This document shows positions 31,031-45,161 of a stretch of 64,000 nt of DNA, piece after piece. The notes under the pieces are model-generated. The model was given only the letters and a program-made list of their open reading frames with translations, did not search any database and was not told the origin of the DNA. Every line of letters starts with the position of its first letter. Position 1 is the stretch's first letter. The stretch comes from Eledone cirrhosa (lineage: Eukaryota), in assembly GCA_964016885.1 (NCBI GenBank), contig OZ024748.1, positions 20,770,001 to 20,834,000 on the forward strand, read 5' to 3'. The translations under genes and the position numbers were made by a program.

Positions 31031-31092
<62 letters not shown>

Positions 31093-31323
31093 TCAGGTTA
31101 TCAATAATGTAGTGATAATATATCGTTACATATATGTTGTTGCGTGTATAAATGTTTGATAGTATAAATATCATTTATTGGTGATTACTAGCTCGATGAA
31201 GTCGCTGCTCATCACAAATACATTTAATGGTGGAATAAATATTCTCTAATCTGATTTACAAAGATATCTATTATTTCATGTTATATAACTGCACGACAAT
31301 CTCTTTCTCGTTCTACCTACTTC

Positions 31324-31404
<81 letters not shown>

Positions 31405-31825
31405 GTGTCGGTGTATCTCCCTCTATCTTTCTCTCTGCCTTTAACATTTGTTTGTAAAATAATGTCTGATATAAAGAACCGCTGTAGATGATGTAGCTCA
31501 ACAAAGCTAACCTCAGCAAAACATTGACGATATTCATATATATATATATATATATATAAATGAAAGGTATAGAAAACATTGTAGCGAAAAGCCAACAGTA
31601 TTCCATAATATATAAGTGACTATAGCGTCAAAATGGGAAAAATAGTTAACGTAAGATGTGGGAAAAATAATTCAAACTCATCTCAAAGAGAATCAGGATA
31701 TAGATTCATCCACAGAATTTAGTGAAATCCAGGGAAAAATCAATAGAGCCTTAACTCATGATAAAATAAAGTTTAAAATACTCATCCTTCAATTTGGAAA
31801 AACTTCAAATGATCTGAAAAAAACA

Positions 31826-31876
<51 letters not shown>

Positions 31877-31885
<9 letters not shown>

Positions 31886-32054
31886 TGAGATTCTACAGGA
31901 CTAGAACTGTTTCATTCTTTAGAAATCATCAGGATTTCTAAAGAATGAAACAGTTCTAGTCCTGTAGAATCTCATCTATATTAAAACTTTTATACTCTGC
32001 AATGTATTGAGTACCTTACTTACTGTGGTTACCTCCGATTCAACCCGGAATAAC

Positions 32055-32056
<2 letters not shown>
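31877..32056. mobile_element. Family E inverted pLTR: perfect 51-bp-arm palindrome with HHR-like core at the turn
   Basis: 31877-31927 and 31933-31983 are inverses; minus strand CUGAUGA uUUC uaaa GAAu GAAAC; tail GTATTGAGTACC. Confidence 0.75.
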
Positions 32057-32091
<35 letters not shown>

Positions 32092-32093
<2 letters not shown>

Positions 32094-32338
32094 AATGAAT
32101 AATAACAGGTAAGCATCATAAAAAGGTAATTTATTCTGTGTGCTTACAAATGTTTCCACGGTGGTTATACAGCCTAGTTATGCTATGTGCAAATTTATAA
32201 CTATTTGCAAAACTCAATTATCAAATGCTGTGACCACTGTATCCTCAGAGTAGAATGGTTAAATTGTAAAATGTAAAGACCCTTAAGGGAAGTTATTGGG
32301 GAAGATAGAGTAGAAAAGGAAGAGAGAAAGAAGGGGAG

Positions 32339-32388
<50 letters not shown>

Positions 32389-33216
32389 GAATGGTGAGAG
32401 AGGAAGAGATAGAGATAGAGAGGGGACAGACGAAAGCTATGGGATGGGTGTACACTGAGTTCATAGTTGTAGGCTACAAATTGCACTTAAGTATCCATTT
32501 ATAGTGATAAGCAGGGTATTGTCTTGTAGTGTGGGGGGTATAGTTACGACGTTGTTATTGAGAGAAAGTAGTTAACGAGAAAGCAATGTTATAGTTACGG
32601 GTTCGAATGTTAAGTTATTTTATAGTGAGAGAATTTATCCTTCAATTTGTGGTTGCAGTATAATGATCGTTCGATTCTGTCATTTAGTAATTTATTTTTA
32701 TTATTCTCTCGCCCTCGGTCCACCTCCCTCCCTCTCTACATCTATGAACCTGCCCTCTGTGGCAATAAATAATTCCAACCTTAACTATCAACGCATCGCT
32801 TAAGGTTGTCGCTTTGAGAGTAACCAGTATAATAAAACCCCTACCACAACATTTTGATTAAGATATCTGTATTCTACAAACCACTCTCTCCCATTTCTCC
32901 AACCCCTGCATATCTCTCTCTCTCTCTTTCTCTCTCCCTCTCCCCTTCTTTCTCTCTTCCTTTTCTACTCTATCTTCCCCAATAACTTCCCTTAAGGGTA
33001 TTTACATTTTACATTTGAACCATTCTGGTCTGAGAATACAGTGGTATGATGTCTACCTGTTATTATTCATTCTTTATCTACACTCCGGAATACAGAAGGA
33101 TCAGGAACTGAGTTTCTTCAACTATTCTTCCATAACTCGTTGAGTAACCCCTCACCGTACGTCAACTCTATCCAGTGTAGTAATTAACCATTACTGCATG
33201 CTGGATAATCCTATAC

Positions 33217-33220
<4 letters not shown>
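32092..33220. mobile_element. Family G inverted pair with HHR at 32141-32252 (-)
   Basis: CU-CUGAGGA-UACaGUGGU...ACCACcGUG-GAAAC auuu GUA-AG; ~32235-32370 is inverted at ~32915-33045, where the HHR is deleted; tail CGTTGAGTAAC. Confidence 0.7.
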
Positions 33221-33266
<46 letters not shown>

Positions 33267-33305
33267 TCAGTTGAAAATTGCAAACTTGACTGTCACCACA
33301 TATTA

Positions 33306-33344
33306 TGAACCTGAAGATTGCGAAAGCATGAAAGTACTTGTTCA
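33306..33344 (+). ncRNA. 39-nt minimal type I hammerhead (family H element 33262-33460)
   Basis: UGAAC-CUGAAGA-uUGC GAAA GCAu-GAAAG ua CUU-GUUCA; mutated copy at 53106-53144 (-). Confidence 0.85.
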
Positions 33345-33456
33345 ATTAACACTTAGAATTTAATATTCTATCATACTATTTCATTATAATACCATTATAA
33401 ATTTTAAATGATTGTAAATAAAACGAGTAAATCAGACAAAGTTGGAATTCCTCTTA

Positions 33457-33535
<79 letters not shown>

Positions 33536-33551
33536 TAAAATAACAGATTAA

Positions 33552-33602
33552 AGTTTAAGCAAATAATCGCTGCTTTCACCCTTAACGGGCTCTTCTGAAA
33601 CT
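33552..33602 (-). ncRNA. Hammerhead fold with U4A core variant (family C element 33530-33960)
   Basis: AGUUU-CAGAAGA-GCCC guuaa GGGU-GAA AGCA...UGCU U-AAACU. Confidence 0.65.
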
Positions 33603-33948
33603 AACAAAGTCAATCTGTAAACGCAGAACTGGATATTTCAAAAAACGTTGCACCCGGAGGAAGACAGGAAGACGATACTTTGGTTCGTGGAAACATTCGC
33701 TGGCAAAGAACGGGAAAAAACGAATAATACGTCATTAATAGGAGCGGTGAAAAACAATTACGCGCAAAGACAGAACCACATTTATGGTATAAAAGAGGTC
33801 GTAGACTAATGTTCTCTTAGGTGGTGCATAGAGACGTTCTCTTGCAATAAACGAAAAAACGTTATTTTAATAAATATTTGCTCTACGGTTCTTATATATT
33901 TGATATATATTTATCCTTATCGAGCCCTCTTTGGATTTTAGTCTTCAA

Positions 33949-33996
<48 letters not shown>

Positions 33997-34349
33997 ATAT
34001 TTAAAAGAATTGTCCCTCTCATTTTTTCAATAATGTCACTTATAATAGAAAGATTACTCTTTGATAATTGATAGAATAACCGAACCTGGTATCGATCGAT
34101 GAAATATATTTCATAGGTAGGTATAAAACACGCCAAACCATGAAAAACTCAACTCATAGCTGAATATTTATAATAATCACTTTAAAAAACGTTTGAAAAT
34201 TAGAACTGTCTAGGTGGTTGAGTGGTACAACTGTCGCTTATGTAATTGCCTATTTTAAATTGCATAGACTCTTCATTTTCTTTCCTCGTTTTGCTAGTTA
34301 CAAGAAGATAGAATCTAGAATCGTCCTTCGCTGGTTTCTACCCCCTCAC

Positions 34350-34484
34350 CTTGGCGCTGAATTTTCGTTCTCGGCGTCCCTCGGTGGGCTGTGCTCTGCA
34401 ACAAATACTGATATTCGTTAGGGATGTTTCTTAAGATGATGCAGTGTACACACGTTCTAAGCTGCAGCACATTTATTTGTTTGA
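34350..34484 (-). other. Candidate exon of a minus-strand transcript
   Basis: AG-free pyrimidine-rich tract ending ATCAG; donor AAG|GTGAGG; 135 nt with one open frame; unique CpG-containing sequence. Confidence 0.3.
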
Positions 34485-34677
34485 CTGATAAGTTTCAGAA
34501 AACCGGTACAATGCAGTAGAACGATATAAAGACCAAAGAGTGACAAATAAAACAAAACGAAATGTGTTTCAATATATATATCAGGGCTACTACCCTCTTT
34601 TCAAATGTAAAACGATTACGATTCAAAACAAAAACAAACGCTCGATGTGTTCTTCCCAAACTGGTCTAAGTATCTAA

Positions 34678-34715
34678 AATGCGCATGCGTGGAGCCATTA
34701 TAGTAGCCATTCCAC
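34678..34715. promoter_or_regulatory. Possible promoter core (NRF1-like GCGCATGCG, two GCCATT YY1-like motifs)
   Basis: Motif match only; lies between two outward-facing donor sites. Confidence 0.3.
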
Positions 34716-34722
34716 TTCGTGA

Positions 34723-34830
34723 ATGTCCAATCTATTTTTTATTTGTTATTTGCTTGATTTTTATTTTATTTTCATCTGTTTCTTTCATTTTGTCGACGGC
34801 GTTGTTGGACATCTCATCATCCAGAGTAGG
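34723..34830 (+). CDS. Candidate first coding exon encoding a signal-peptide-like segment
   Basis: MSNLFFICYLLDFYFIFICFFHFVDG-VVGHLIIQSR then AGG|GTGAGT; could equally be a T-rich 5'UTR or a 6-nt microexon. Confidence 0.3.
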
Positions 34831-35463
34831 GTGAGTGGACTGAGTGAATAAATAATTTTTAGGGTACATGTTTTAGCCAACCCACCCCTTCTATACATAG
34901 GAAAACAGTCTCATCCTAAAAAAAAAAAAAAGGCTGCTTTGTAGTTCTGAAGAAGACACGAAACATATCAATTTCCTTGACGTTCTATCCATCCACATAG
35001 CCATCGACTTTCTAGCTATCTACCTGGTTATCAATGTAGCTGTTTATCTATCTATCCACCTGTATGCTTGCCTGCTTTTCTGTCTGTCTCTTTGTCTGCC
35101 TGTCCATTCCGTTCTCGACCGTATATTGATTAGCCATTGTAATCCGCATCTTCGTTGAAACGTATCAAAATCAAGTGATTGATATTATTAACAAAGAAAT
35201 CGTCTGCTTCAATGAAATTTGTCGGCAGCATCTAAAAGTGAAAGTAATCATTTTCTAAGTGGTCTAAGCGATATATATACGCACAGTTAAAAGTACGATA
35301 TTCTATTATCCTTCATCCTAAGACTATCCCACGTGATTCTGCTTAAGAATAAGATCCGCAGGCTATTCTTACAGCTTACTTCTTCTTATATGTGTATGTC
35401 AGTCTGTGAGCGTTCATCAACGTATGGATTTATCTATTTATATCTATATATATATATATGTGC

Positions 35464-35510
<47 letters not shown>

Positions 35511-35518
35511 TATATATG

Positions 35519-35567
<49 letters not shown>

Positions 35568-35621
35568 GTATGTATGTATGCGTGTATGTATGCATAGGTC
35601 TGTATGTGAGTGTTAGTAGGT

Positions 35622-35660
<39 letters not shown>

Positions 35661-35742
35661 TATATATATGTATATATATATGTATGTATGTATGTATGTG
35701 TGTATGTATGCATAGGTCTGTATGTGAGTGTTAGTAGGTGTT

Positions 35743-35824
<82 letters not shown>

Positions 35825-35872
35825 TGTGTGTGTGTGAGTGTGAACATATATACTTATGTATATATGTCTATC

Positions 35873-35937
<65 letters not shown>

Positions 35938-36219
35938 GTTTGTATTGAAGTAGTCCACACTAAATACGCCACCTTACCGGAAAATTAATCTGTCTGGTTT
36001 GAAAAGAGTTCTACGCTGTTCTAAGATAGAGGGCTTAATTTGAATAATCGCCCTTCATTGCAAATAGTTTTACTTGTGACAGATGGCGGGAGGAGGGAGG
36101 GGGGGGGGGGGGGTGAACAAAACGAGGAGCAAGAGTAGAATAGAATAACTAACAAATAAATAACAATAACAATAATAGTAATAATAATAATAATAAAAAC
36201 AACAATAACAATAATAGTA

Positions 36220-36295
<76 letters not shown>

Positions 36296-36583
36296 TAATA
36301 ATAACAATAAAACAACAATAACAATACATACGAAACGAGAAAGTTCTATAAAAAAAGAGAAAAATCCAACGCTTCAAATGTAATTATCGTTACTACTGCT
36401 GCTACTACTACTATTACTGCTGCTACTACTACTATTACTGCTGCTGCTACTACTACTACTACTACTACTGCTGCTACTACTACTATTACTGCTGTTACTA
36501 CTACTATTACTGCTGCTACTACTACTATTACTGCCGCTAGTACTACTACGACTGATACTACTAATGCTACTACTATTACCACG

Positions 36584-36616
<33 letters not shown>

Positions 36617-36671
36617 ACTACTTCTGCTGCTACTGCTGCTACTACTACTATTATTACGACTGCTGCTGCTG

Positions 36672-36740
<69 letters not shown>

Positions 36741-36744
36741 TTAG

Positions 36745-37080
36745 CTTTCTTCTGTAACAGGTCTTCTGTAACTAGTCTTCTCTAACAGTTCTTCTGTAAC
36801 TAGTCTTCTCTAACAGTTCTTCTGTAACTAGTCTTCTGTAACTAGTCTTCTGTAACTAGTCTTCTGTAACTAGTCTTCTGTAACTAGTCTTCTCTAACAG
36901 GTCGTCTGTAACTGGTCTTCTCTAACAGTTCTTCTGTAACTAGTCTTCTGTAACTAGTCTTCTGTAACTAGTCTTCTGTAACTAGTCTTCTGTAACTAGT
37001 CTTCTGTAACTAGTCTTCTGTAACTAGTTTTCTGTAACTAGTCTTCTGTAACTAATCTTCTGTAACTGGTCTTCTCTAAT
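36745..37080. repeat. 14-bp minisatellite (CTTCTGTAACTAGT)n
   Basis: Direct reading. Confidence 0.9.
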
Positions 37081-37415
37081 ATTTATTTCTAACTGTAAGC
37101 GGTTGATTTACATGGCTTCCTTTATTCTTAAATTTCCCGTATTCCTGTCATTCGCCTCTAGAAAAATAAAATCATTCGTTTGTTTTATCTTTAACTGCTT
37201 CAGCTTCGCATCTGAAAGGAGGGTAATAGCCCTGCAATATCATGCCATAATACACTGGGTAAAACGTTAGTTTCTTTTGTTTTGTTACATTTACCCTACG
37301 TACTTTCTTCCGCATTATACCACTGGGTTTTAAAAAAAACATCGGTCATTTACTACACACACACACATATATATGAGTGTATATATATATATGTGTGTGT
37401 ATGCATACACACAAA

Positions 37416-37469
<54 letters not shown>

Positions 37470-37475
<6 letters not shown>

Positions 37476-37658
37476 TAACAGATTAAAGTTTAAGCAAAGA
37501 ATCGCTGCTTTCAACCTTAACGGGATCATCTGAAACATTAAGGGTGAAAGCAACGATTATTTGCTTAAACTTTAATCTGTTATTTTAATGAATGATATAT
37601 ATTTATCCTTATCGAGCCCTCTTTGGATTTTAGTCTTCAAATTTATTATTATTACTAT
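37470..37658. mobile_element. Family C inverted pLTR with U4A hammerhead at 37488-37536 (-)
   Basis: GUUU-CAGAUGA-UCCC guuaa GGUU-GAA AGCA...UGCU U-AAAC; the inverted copy starts at ~37538. Confidence 0.75.
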
Positions 37659-37682
37659 ATATATATATATATGTGTGTATTA

Positions 37683-37792
<110 letters not shown>

Positions 37793-38874
37793 TAAAACAC
37801 AAAAATACGCTAAATTTCAGGCCGGACAATTACTCACTTCGGGTTAATTGCATTATATATATTTTTTTTATATTTGAGTAAAATAAATAAATAAATAACC
37901 AAAATGAAAATAAAAAAAGAAAAACAATTGGTGATATCTAGCATGAAATTGAACATTTATTTAAATTAATATTAAAATTAATCTAGAAACTTTCATTCTT
38001 GTAGTGACCACAAAAATGGCTGACAGCAGTTAGTAATTGATGGTTTACAATCAAGTAATGTTTATCCAAGTCAAACGTACTGACATCATTCTTACCATTT
38101 CTATGAATTTATAGAAGCTACAGAATTATGAAAGATAGATTTAGATAAACACTGATTCTATAACTATCAAAGTTCAACTTACACTGTATTCTTATGAAAT
38201 TTTTAATTATGCTGTAAAGTGCTTTAATAAATAAATTTGCATTATACATAAAATTATTTGTAAATCAGGTATTTTTATATCAAGCGGTCGTTGGACGCCA
38301 TTTTAATGTTTTCATTATCAACTATATTGGTTTGTGATTAAAGCAATTAAATCTTTATTAACCCTCATGACTTTTAGTTGTTTATCATTGAGTAAATCGT
38401 AGTATGTGATTTCATTGTTAGGACGTATAACCTTACTTAGGTTTGAACAGAATAATTGAAGTATATGAATAGAACTCTAAAGTAAAAAATAGAGACACCA
38501 TAGGTTAGATAAGTCAAACGATTGTGGCGACAAAAGATAACAATGAAAGAATAGTTTGTAATTGATAGATTGCCGTATTATTGCAGGCATGGCTGTGTGC
38601 TTAACAGATTTGATTCGCTACAACAAGATTTTGGGTTCGAGTTTTCTATGCTGCACCTTGGCACGTGTATTTTTCTACCATAGCATTACTATTCCTAACT
38701 CTCTCCGAACCTCCCACTCTCTCTCTCTACTTCTCCCGTACTCCCGACTTACCTCACAAACCCGCTCTCTCCATCCTCTCTCTCACTCCCTCTCTTTGAG
38801 TTTTACGTAAAATTTATAAGTTTTCCAAATTACAAATATTTAAATAACCATCATAATATATTTAATTGACTTAC

Positions 38875-39216
<342 letters not shown>

Positions 39217-39289
39217 ATATATATATATATCAGTAAACAGACATTTACACATTTATAGGACACATTTATAGGTATAGATGCATACATAT

Positions 39290-39775
39290 CTTCTTCTTCG
39301 CCCACTTATTCCTGAGAGGGTCGTGGGGGCAGAGTCCCCAAACACTCCTTCCAGCGGCTCATGTCAGAAGCAACTGCCTCTGACTGATCCAGCTGGATTC
39401 CTAAGTGTGATCAACCAAGGTCATGGATGTTATCCAACCATCTTGCTCCGGGTCTACCGCTGGGTCTCTTGCTGGCTGGTTTTACCGTAAAATCTGTCCA
39501 GCGATTTTTTCCTGAGACATTCTAACCACATGTCCATAGTATCGGAGATGTAGCGGCTCTACCTAGAAGGACTCTCTGATCCCCGAGCTACGCACTTTAT
39601 CGAGTAACGTTACCCCAAAGACCCTTCGGAAGAATCTCATTTTGGCCGCTTGTATTTGCGATCGTACTCTTTCGGTCATTATCGAAGATTCATGACCATA
39701 GGTAAGGGTGGCACGAAAACCGAATTGAAAAAAGCGAGTTTGGCCTTTACGCCCACCTCCCTTCTTCTGATTACT
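39290..39775 (-). pseudogene. RTE LINE 3' fragment
   Basis: KAKLAFFNSVF..LTYGHES..MTERVRSQIQAAKMRFFRRVFGVTLLDKVRS...LRYYGHVVRM...KRPSGRPGARW. Confidence 0.85.
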
Positions 39776-39803
39776 GAATAATAGTACATAAATAGAAGTA
39801 ACC

Positions 39804-39910
<107 letters not shown>

Positions 39911-40052
39911 GTAATAATAATAAATTTGAAGATTAAAATCCAAAGAGGGCTCGATAAGGATAAATATATATCAAATATATAAGAATCGTAGAGCAAATAT
40001 TTATTAAAATAACAGATTAAAGTTTAAGCAAAGAATCGCTGCTTTCACCCTT
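39911..40052 (-). mobile_element. Family C truncated copy
   Basis: Tail plus stem III half of the HHR; a similar tail occurs at 56690-56780. Confidence 0.75.
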
Positions 40053-40167
40053 ATACATATATTGGAAAATGTGTGAGATCTTTGGTACAGTTAGGTATAT
40101 TTGAAAAAAAGGACAAGAATGACTTCACTTGTAGTGTTAAAAAATTCATGATTTAATGTTATAATAT

Positions 40168-40345
40168 AATTGTTTCTACTTTTGGCACAAGACCAGCAAT
40201 TATCCCAGTGCATTACTGGTACTTTATTTCATCGACCCCATAAGGATGAAAGGCAAAGTTAACCTCGGCGGGTTTTGAACTCAGATCATAAAGGGTCGTA
40301 ACTCTTTGCTGCAAAGCATGGCGTCCGACTCTCTACCTATACTGC
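40168..40345 (-). mobile_element. SINE family 1
   Basis: Matches family consensus. Confidence 0.85.
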
Positions 40346-40680
40346 TAAAAGTTCTTTGTTAACTTCGGTGGGAAGAATTTTAGAGATTCCTGATTAACTT
40401 GGGTTGGAGAACTTTCTCGCATTCGTCTGTCTGTGGCGATATATATACATATATATATATGTGTGTGTGTGTGTCTGTGTGTGTGCGTGTCTGTGTGTGT
40501 GTACGTGTGTGTGTGTGTTTGTATCGTTCTTACGTCCGCTTTCCCATGCTTGCATGGATTGGACAATATATATATATATGTATATATATATATATTGTCC
40601 AACCCATGCAAAAATGGAAAAGAAGACGTAAGAACGATGATATATATACAAACACACACACACTTATAAACACAAATGAG

Positions 40681-40722
40681 TAAAGAAAGAAAGAAAGAAA
40701 GAATGAAAGAAAGAAAGAATAA

Positions 40723-40774
<52 letters not shown>

Positions 40775-40778
40775 ATGA

Positions 40779-40834
<56 letters not shown>

Positions 40835-40894
40835 ATGAAAGAAAGAAAGAAAGAATGAAAGAAAGAAAGAAAGAAAGAATGAAAGAAAGAATGA

Positions 40895-40946
<52 letters not shown>

Positions 40947-40956
40947 ATGAAAGAAA
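40681..40956. repeat. (AAAG)n microsatellite
   Basis: Direct reading. Confidence 0.95.
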
Positions 40957-41070
40957 TCAATTGGAAAGAAGGTCAAAGTATATCGTGTTTTTCCAATACT
41001 ACCGTTTGAGAATTTGGAGAAAAATCAAAAATATCTAACGAAAATAAAAACATTGTTGAAATTAACATTT

Positions 41071-41130
<60 letters not shown>

Positions 41131-41133
41131 TTG

Positions 41134-41164
<31 letters not shown>

Positions 41165-41255
41165 CAGTAGTAGTAGTAGTAGTAGTAGTAGTAGCAGTAG
41201 TAGTAGTAGTAGTAGTAGCAGCAGCAGCAGCAGTAGTAGTAGCAGCAGCAGCACC

Positions 41256-41287
<32 letters not shown>

Positions 41288-41288
41288 C

Positions 41289-41320
<32 letters not shown>

Positions 41321-42550
41321 CAGCAGCAGCAGTAGTAGTAGCAGCAGCAGCACCAGTAGTAGTAGTAGTAGTAGTAGTTTTTGTTGTTATATTTGTAGAA
41401 GTCATATTTACTGGTAATTGTAAAATAAGGTGATGACTAACAATAACAACAACAACAACAACAATACCAACAGCAGCAGCAGTATTTTTTTTTCTAATAC
41501 AGGTAATTGAAGAATAAGTTGATGAACAATACTACAACAACAACAACAACAGAAACAACACAACAACAACAACAACAACAACAGCAACAAGAGCAGCAAC
41601 AGCAACAACAGCAACAACAATAACAGTAACAACAACAGCAACAACAACAACGACAACAACAACAACAACAACAATACCAACAAGAACAGCAATAACAACA
41701 GCAGCAATAGTCGCATGGACAACAACAACAACAACAACAGCAATGGCAACAACAACAACAACAACAACAGCAATGGCAACAACAACATCAGCAACAGCAA
41801 CAGCACAACAACAACAACAACAACACCAGCAATAACAACAACAGCAGCAATAACAACAACAACAGCAGCAATAACAACAACAACAGCAACAGCACAACAA
41901 CAACAACAACAACACCAACAACAACAGCAGCAATAACAACAACAACAGCAACAGTAACAACAGCAGCAATAACAACAACAACAGCTACAGCACAACAACA
42001 ACAGACAACAACAACACCAGCAATAACAACAACAACAGCTACAGCATAACAACAACAGCCAACAACACCAGCAACAACAACAACAGCAGCAATAACAACA
42101 ACAACAGCTACACCACAACAACACCAGCAATAACAACAGCAGCAGCAATAACAACAACAACAGCTACACCAAAACAACAGCAGCAATAATAACAACAACA
42201 GCAACAGCAACAACAACAGCAATAACAACAACAACAGCTACAGCACAACAACAACAGCCAACAACAGTACCAATAGAAATTATGAATATATTAAGATATA
42301 AGTGTGTGTATTGTGTAATGGAAGTGTTTGCTAAGGTGACCAAACCATATTGTTATTAACAGAAGCTTGTAACACAGTTCTTTCTAAGTGTTAATGTTTC
42401 TTGTGTCTAGAAATAGAGTGAAGCGATATGAAACCCGGGTACAGCTGGATCTACCGTCTGACAATACCTGTTGGACACTTATACACCGACATCGACGAGA
42501 GAGTCCATTATATACATACATATACATACATATATACATATATATATAAA

Positions 42551-42715
<165 letters not shown>

Positions 42716-42752
42716 GTGTGTATATATATATATATATTTATTAAAATAACAG

Positions 42753-42792
<40 letters not shown>

Positions 42793-43401
42793 GTATGTAT
42801 GTGCTTATATTATATATATATATATATGTGTGTGTATGTGAGAAAGAGAGTGTGTGTGTGTGAGTGTGCGTGTGTGTGTGTGTGTGAGTATGCGTGTGTG
42901 TGTGTATGTGTGTGAGTGTGTGTGTGTCTGTGAATGTGTGTGTGTCTGTGTGTGTGTGAATGTGTGTGTGAGTGTGCGTGTGTGTGTGTGTGTGAGTATG
43001 CGCGTGTGTGTGTATATGTGTGTGTGTATGTGTGTGTGTGTATGTGTGTGTGTGTGTGTCTGTGTGTGTGTGTGAATGTGTGTGTGTGTGAATGTGTGTG
43101 TGGGTGTGCACACGAGTGCATGATTAACGATTATATTGAAAGGCGCCAATAAATGGTTATGGAATTCTCCACCACTCAATACATTGCCCCTCCCCTCCCC
43201 CCACAGACACACATACACATACACACACACACGCATACACACACACACACACACGTAGTCATAGAAACATCAACATTCATGCATGTACGAAATCATCAGA
43301 GCTCATTAGCTTCGAGGCACGGCTTAGCTAATTAAATCTGTCGTCTCGTTTGAGTAACACGGTGTTATACATATATATATATATATATATGTCTATATAT
43401 A

Positions 43402-43473
<72 letters not shown>

Positions 43474-43510
43474 TTGTGTGTATATATGTCTATATATACT
43501 ATATATACTG

Positions 43511-43543
<33 letters not shown>

Positions 43544-43560
43544 ATATATATGTATGTATG

Positions 43561-43673
<113 letters not shown>

Positions 43674-43803
43674 AGAGAAGGAGGAGAAGGGGGTAAATAT
43701 AAATACCAAGAAGTAGTTTTATGTGACTAACGAAAGACGACTGCACGTTTCAAGATTCACACTCTGTGACTAAAAGGTCAAAGCAGTTAATTTTCTTCAA
43801 TAG

Positions 43804-43909
43804 ATAGAACAACAACAACAACAACGCCAACAACTACAGCAACAACAACAACAACAACAACGCCAACAACTACAGCAGCAACAACAACAACAACGCCATC
43901 AAGTACAGC

Positions 43910-43941
<32 letters not shown>

Positions 43942-44372
43942 CGCCAACAACTACAGCAATAACAACAACAACCACAACAACAACAACGCCAACAACTACA
44001 GCAACAACAACACCAACACCAACAGCAACAACAACGACGACAACAACAACAACGACAACAACAACCACAACAACAGCTACAACAACAATGACATCAACAA
44101 CGACAACAACAACGACAACAATAACAATAACAACAGCTACAACAGCAACAGCTACAACAACAACAACGACAACAACAACCACAACAACAACCACAACAGC
44201 TACAACATCAACAGCTACAACAACAGCAACAACAACAACGACAACAACAACGACGACGACAACAACCACAACAGCTACAACATCAACAGCTACAACAATA
44301 GCAACAACAACGACGACAACAACAACAACGACGACAACAATGACTACAACATTCATTGGAAGTCGTGCTTGA
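43804..44372 (+). other. Degenerate (AAC)n with an open Thr/Pro-rich frame behind a good acceptor; possible mucin-like exon
   Basis: TTTTCTTCAATAG|AT AGA ACA...; repeated TTPTTTA; no convincing donor. Confidence 0.2.
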
Positions 44373-44456
44373 TGTCAGTCGTTAGTTACAACTGTGATCT
44401 ATCTATTGTTAAATATAGGATTCGAACTCTTGTTGCTGCTGTCGTCATCGATGATT

Positions 44457-44493
<37 letters not shown>

Positions 44494-45161
44494 CGTCGTT
44501 GTCGTCGTCGTTGTTGTTGTTGTTGTTGTTGATCTGGGAGAGAACGGTATTGCGACTAGTAGATAGTATCAGCAATGGAAAGACCAATGGAAACATTGTT
44601 TTCTTGGTCCGATCCAATGGGTTCCACCTCACTCTGTAAACGAATGTCTGGGATCTTGTGATTTGGATTGGATCAAAGTTTTTACCATAGCCTTGGGTTA
44701 ACCCAAACCATGGGAGTAGAATTGAGTAGACGGAACCCATCAGATATACTGTACCATTAATTCAAAGAGTCAACCATCTCACACACTGAGTTACACTATA
44801 TCTCCATAAGAGTTAATCTGTATTTCCATTAAGATTACACGTGTCAGTGAAATATTCAATCACTTATACGTTGATTCACGATGCTGGACACTCAATTCAT
44901 TAATGGTACAATTGACTGATCGTCGTCGTAATTGACGGAGAACCCATCATTGTTTCATAAACAGTGAACATTAATGGTAGCTGTGGAACATTAATTTACA
45001 TATTAACATTAAGACTAGATTAGCTACATTACCATTAATAAAACAAAATATAATTTCTGATAACATGGCATCCATCTTGATGTTTTAACTCACTCCATTA
45101 TCATTATCCATTTGCTGCTGCTTTTTTTTTTTTTTTTTTTTTTCCATTTTTGTCCAGTTGT

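Noticed and set aside
34943-34973. CUGAAGA...GAAAC motif
   Set aside because: Stem II cannot form and stem III is mismatched.
41522-42275. Thr/Gln/Asn-rich coding exon
   Set aside because: Frame shifts repeatedly; degenerate (AAC)n.
42411-42510. Possible exon ([10 protein letters not shown]...) or HHR half GAAAC CCGG GUA
   Set aside because: No donor site and no upstream CUGANGA; probably a decayed pLTR.
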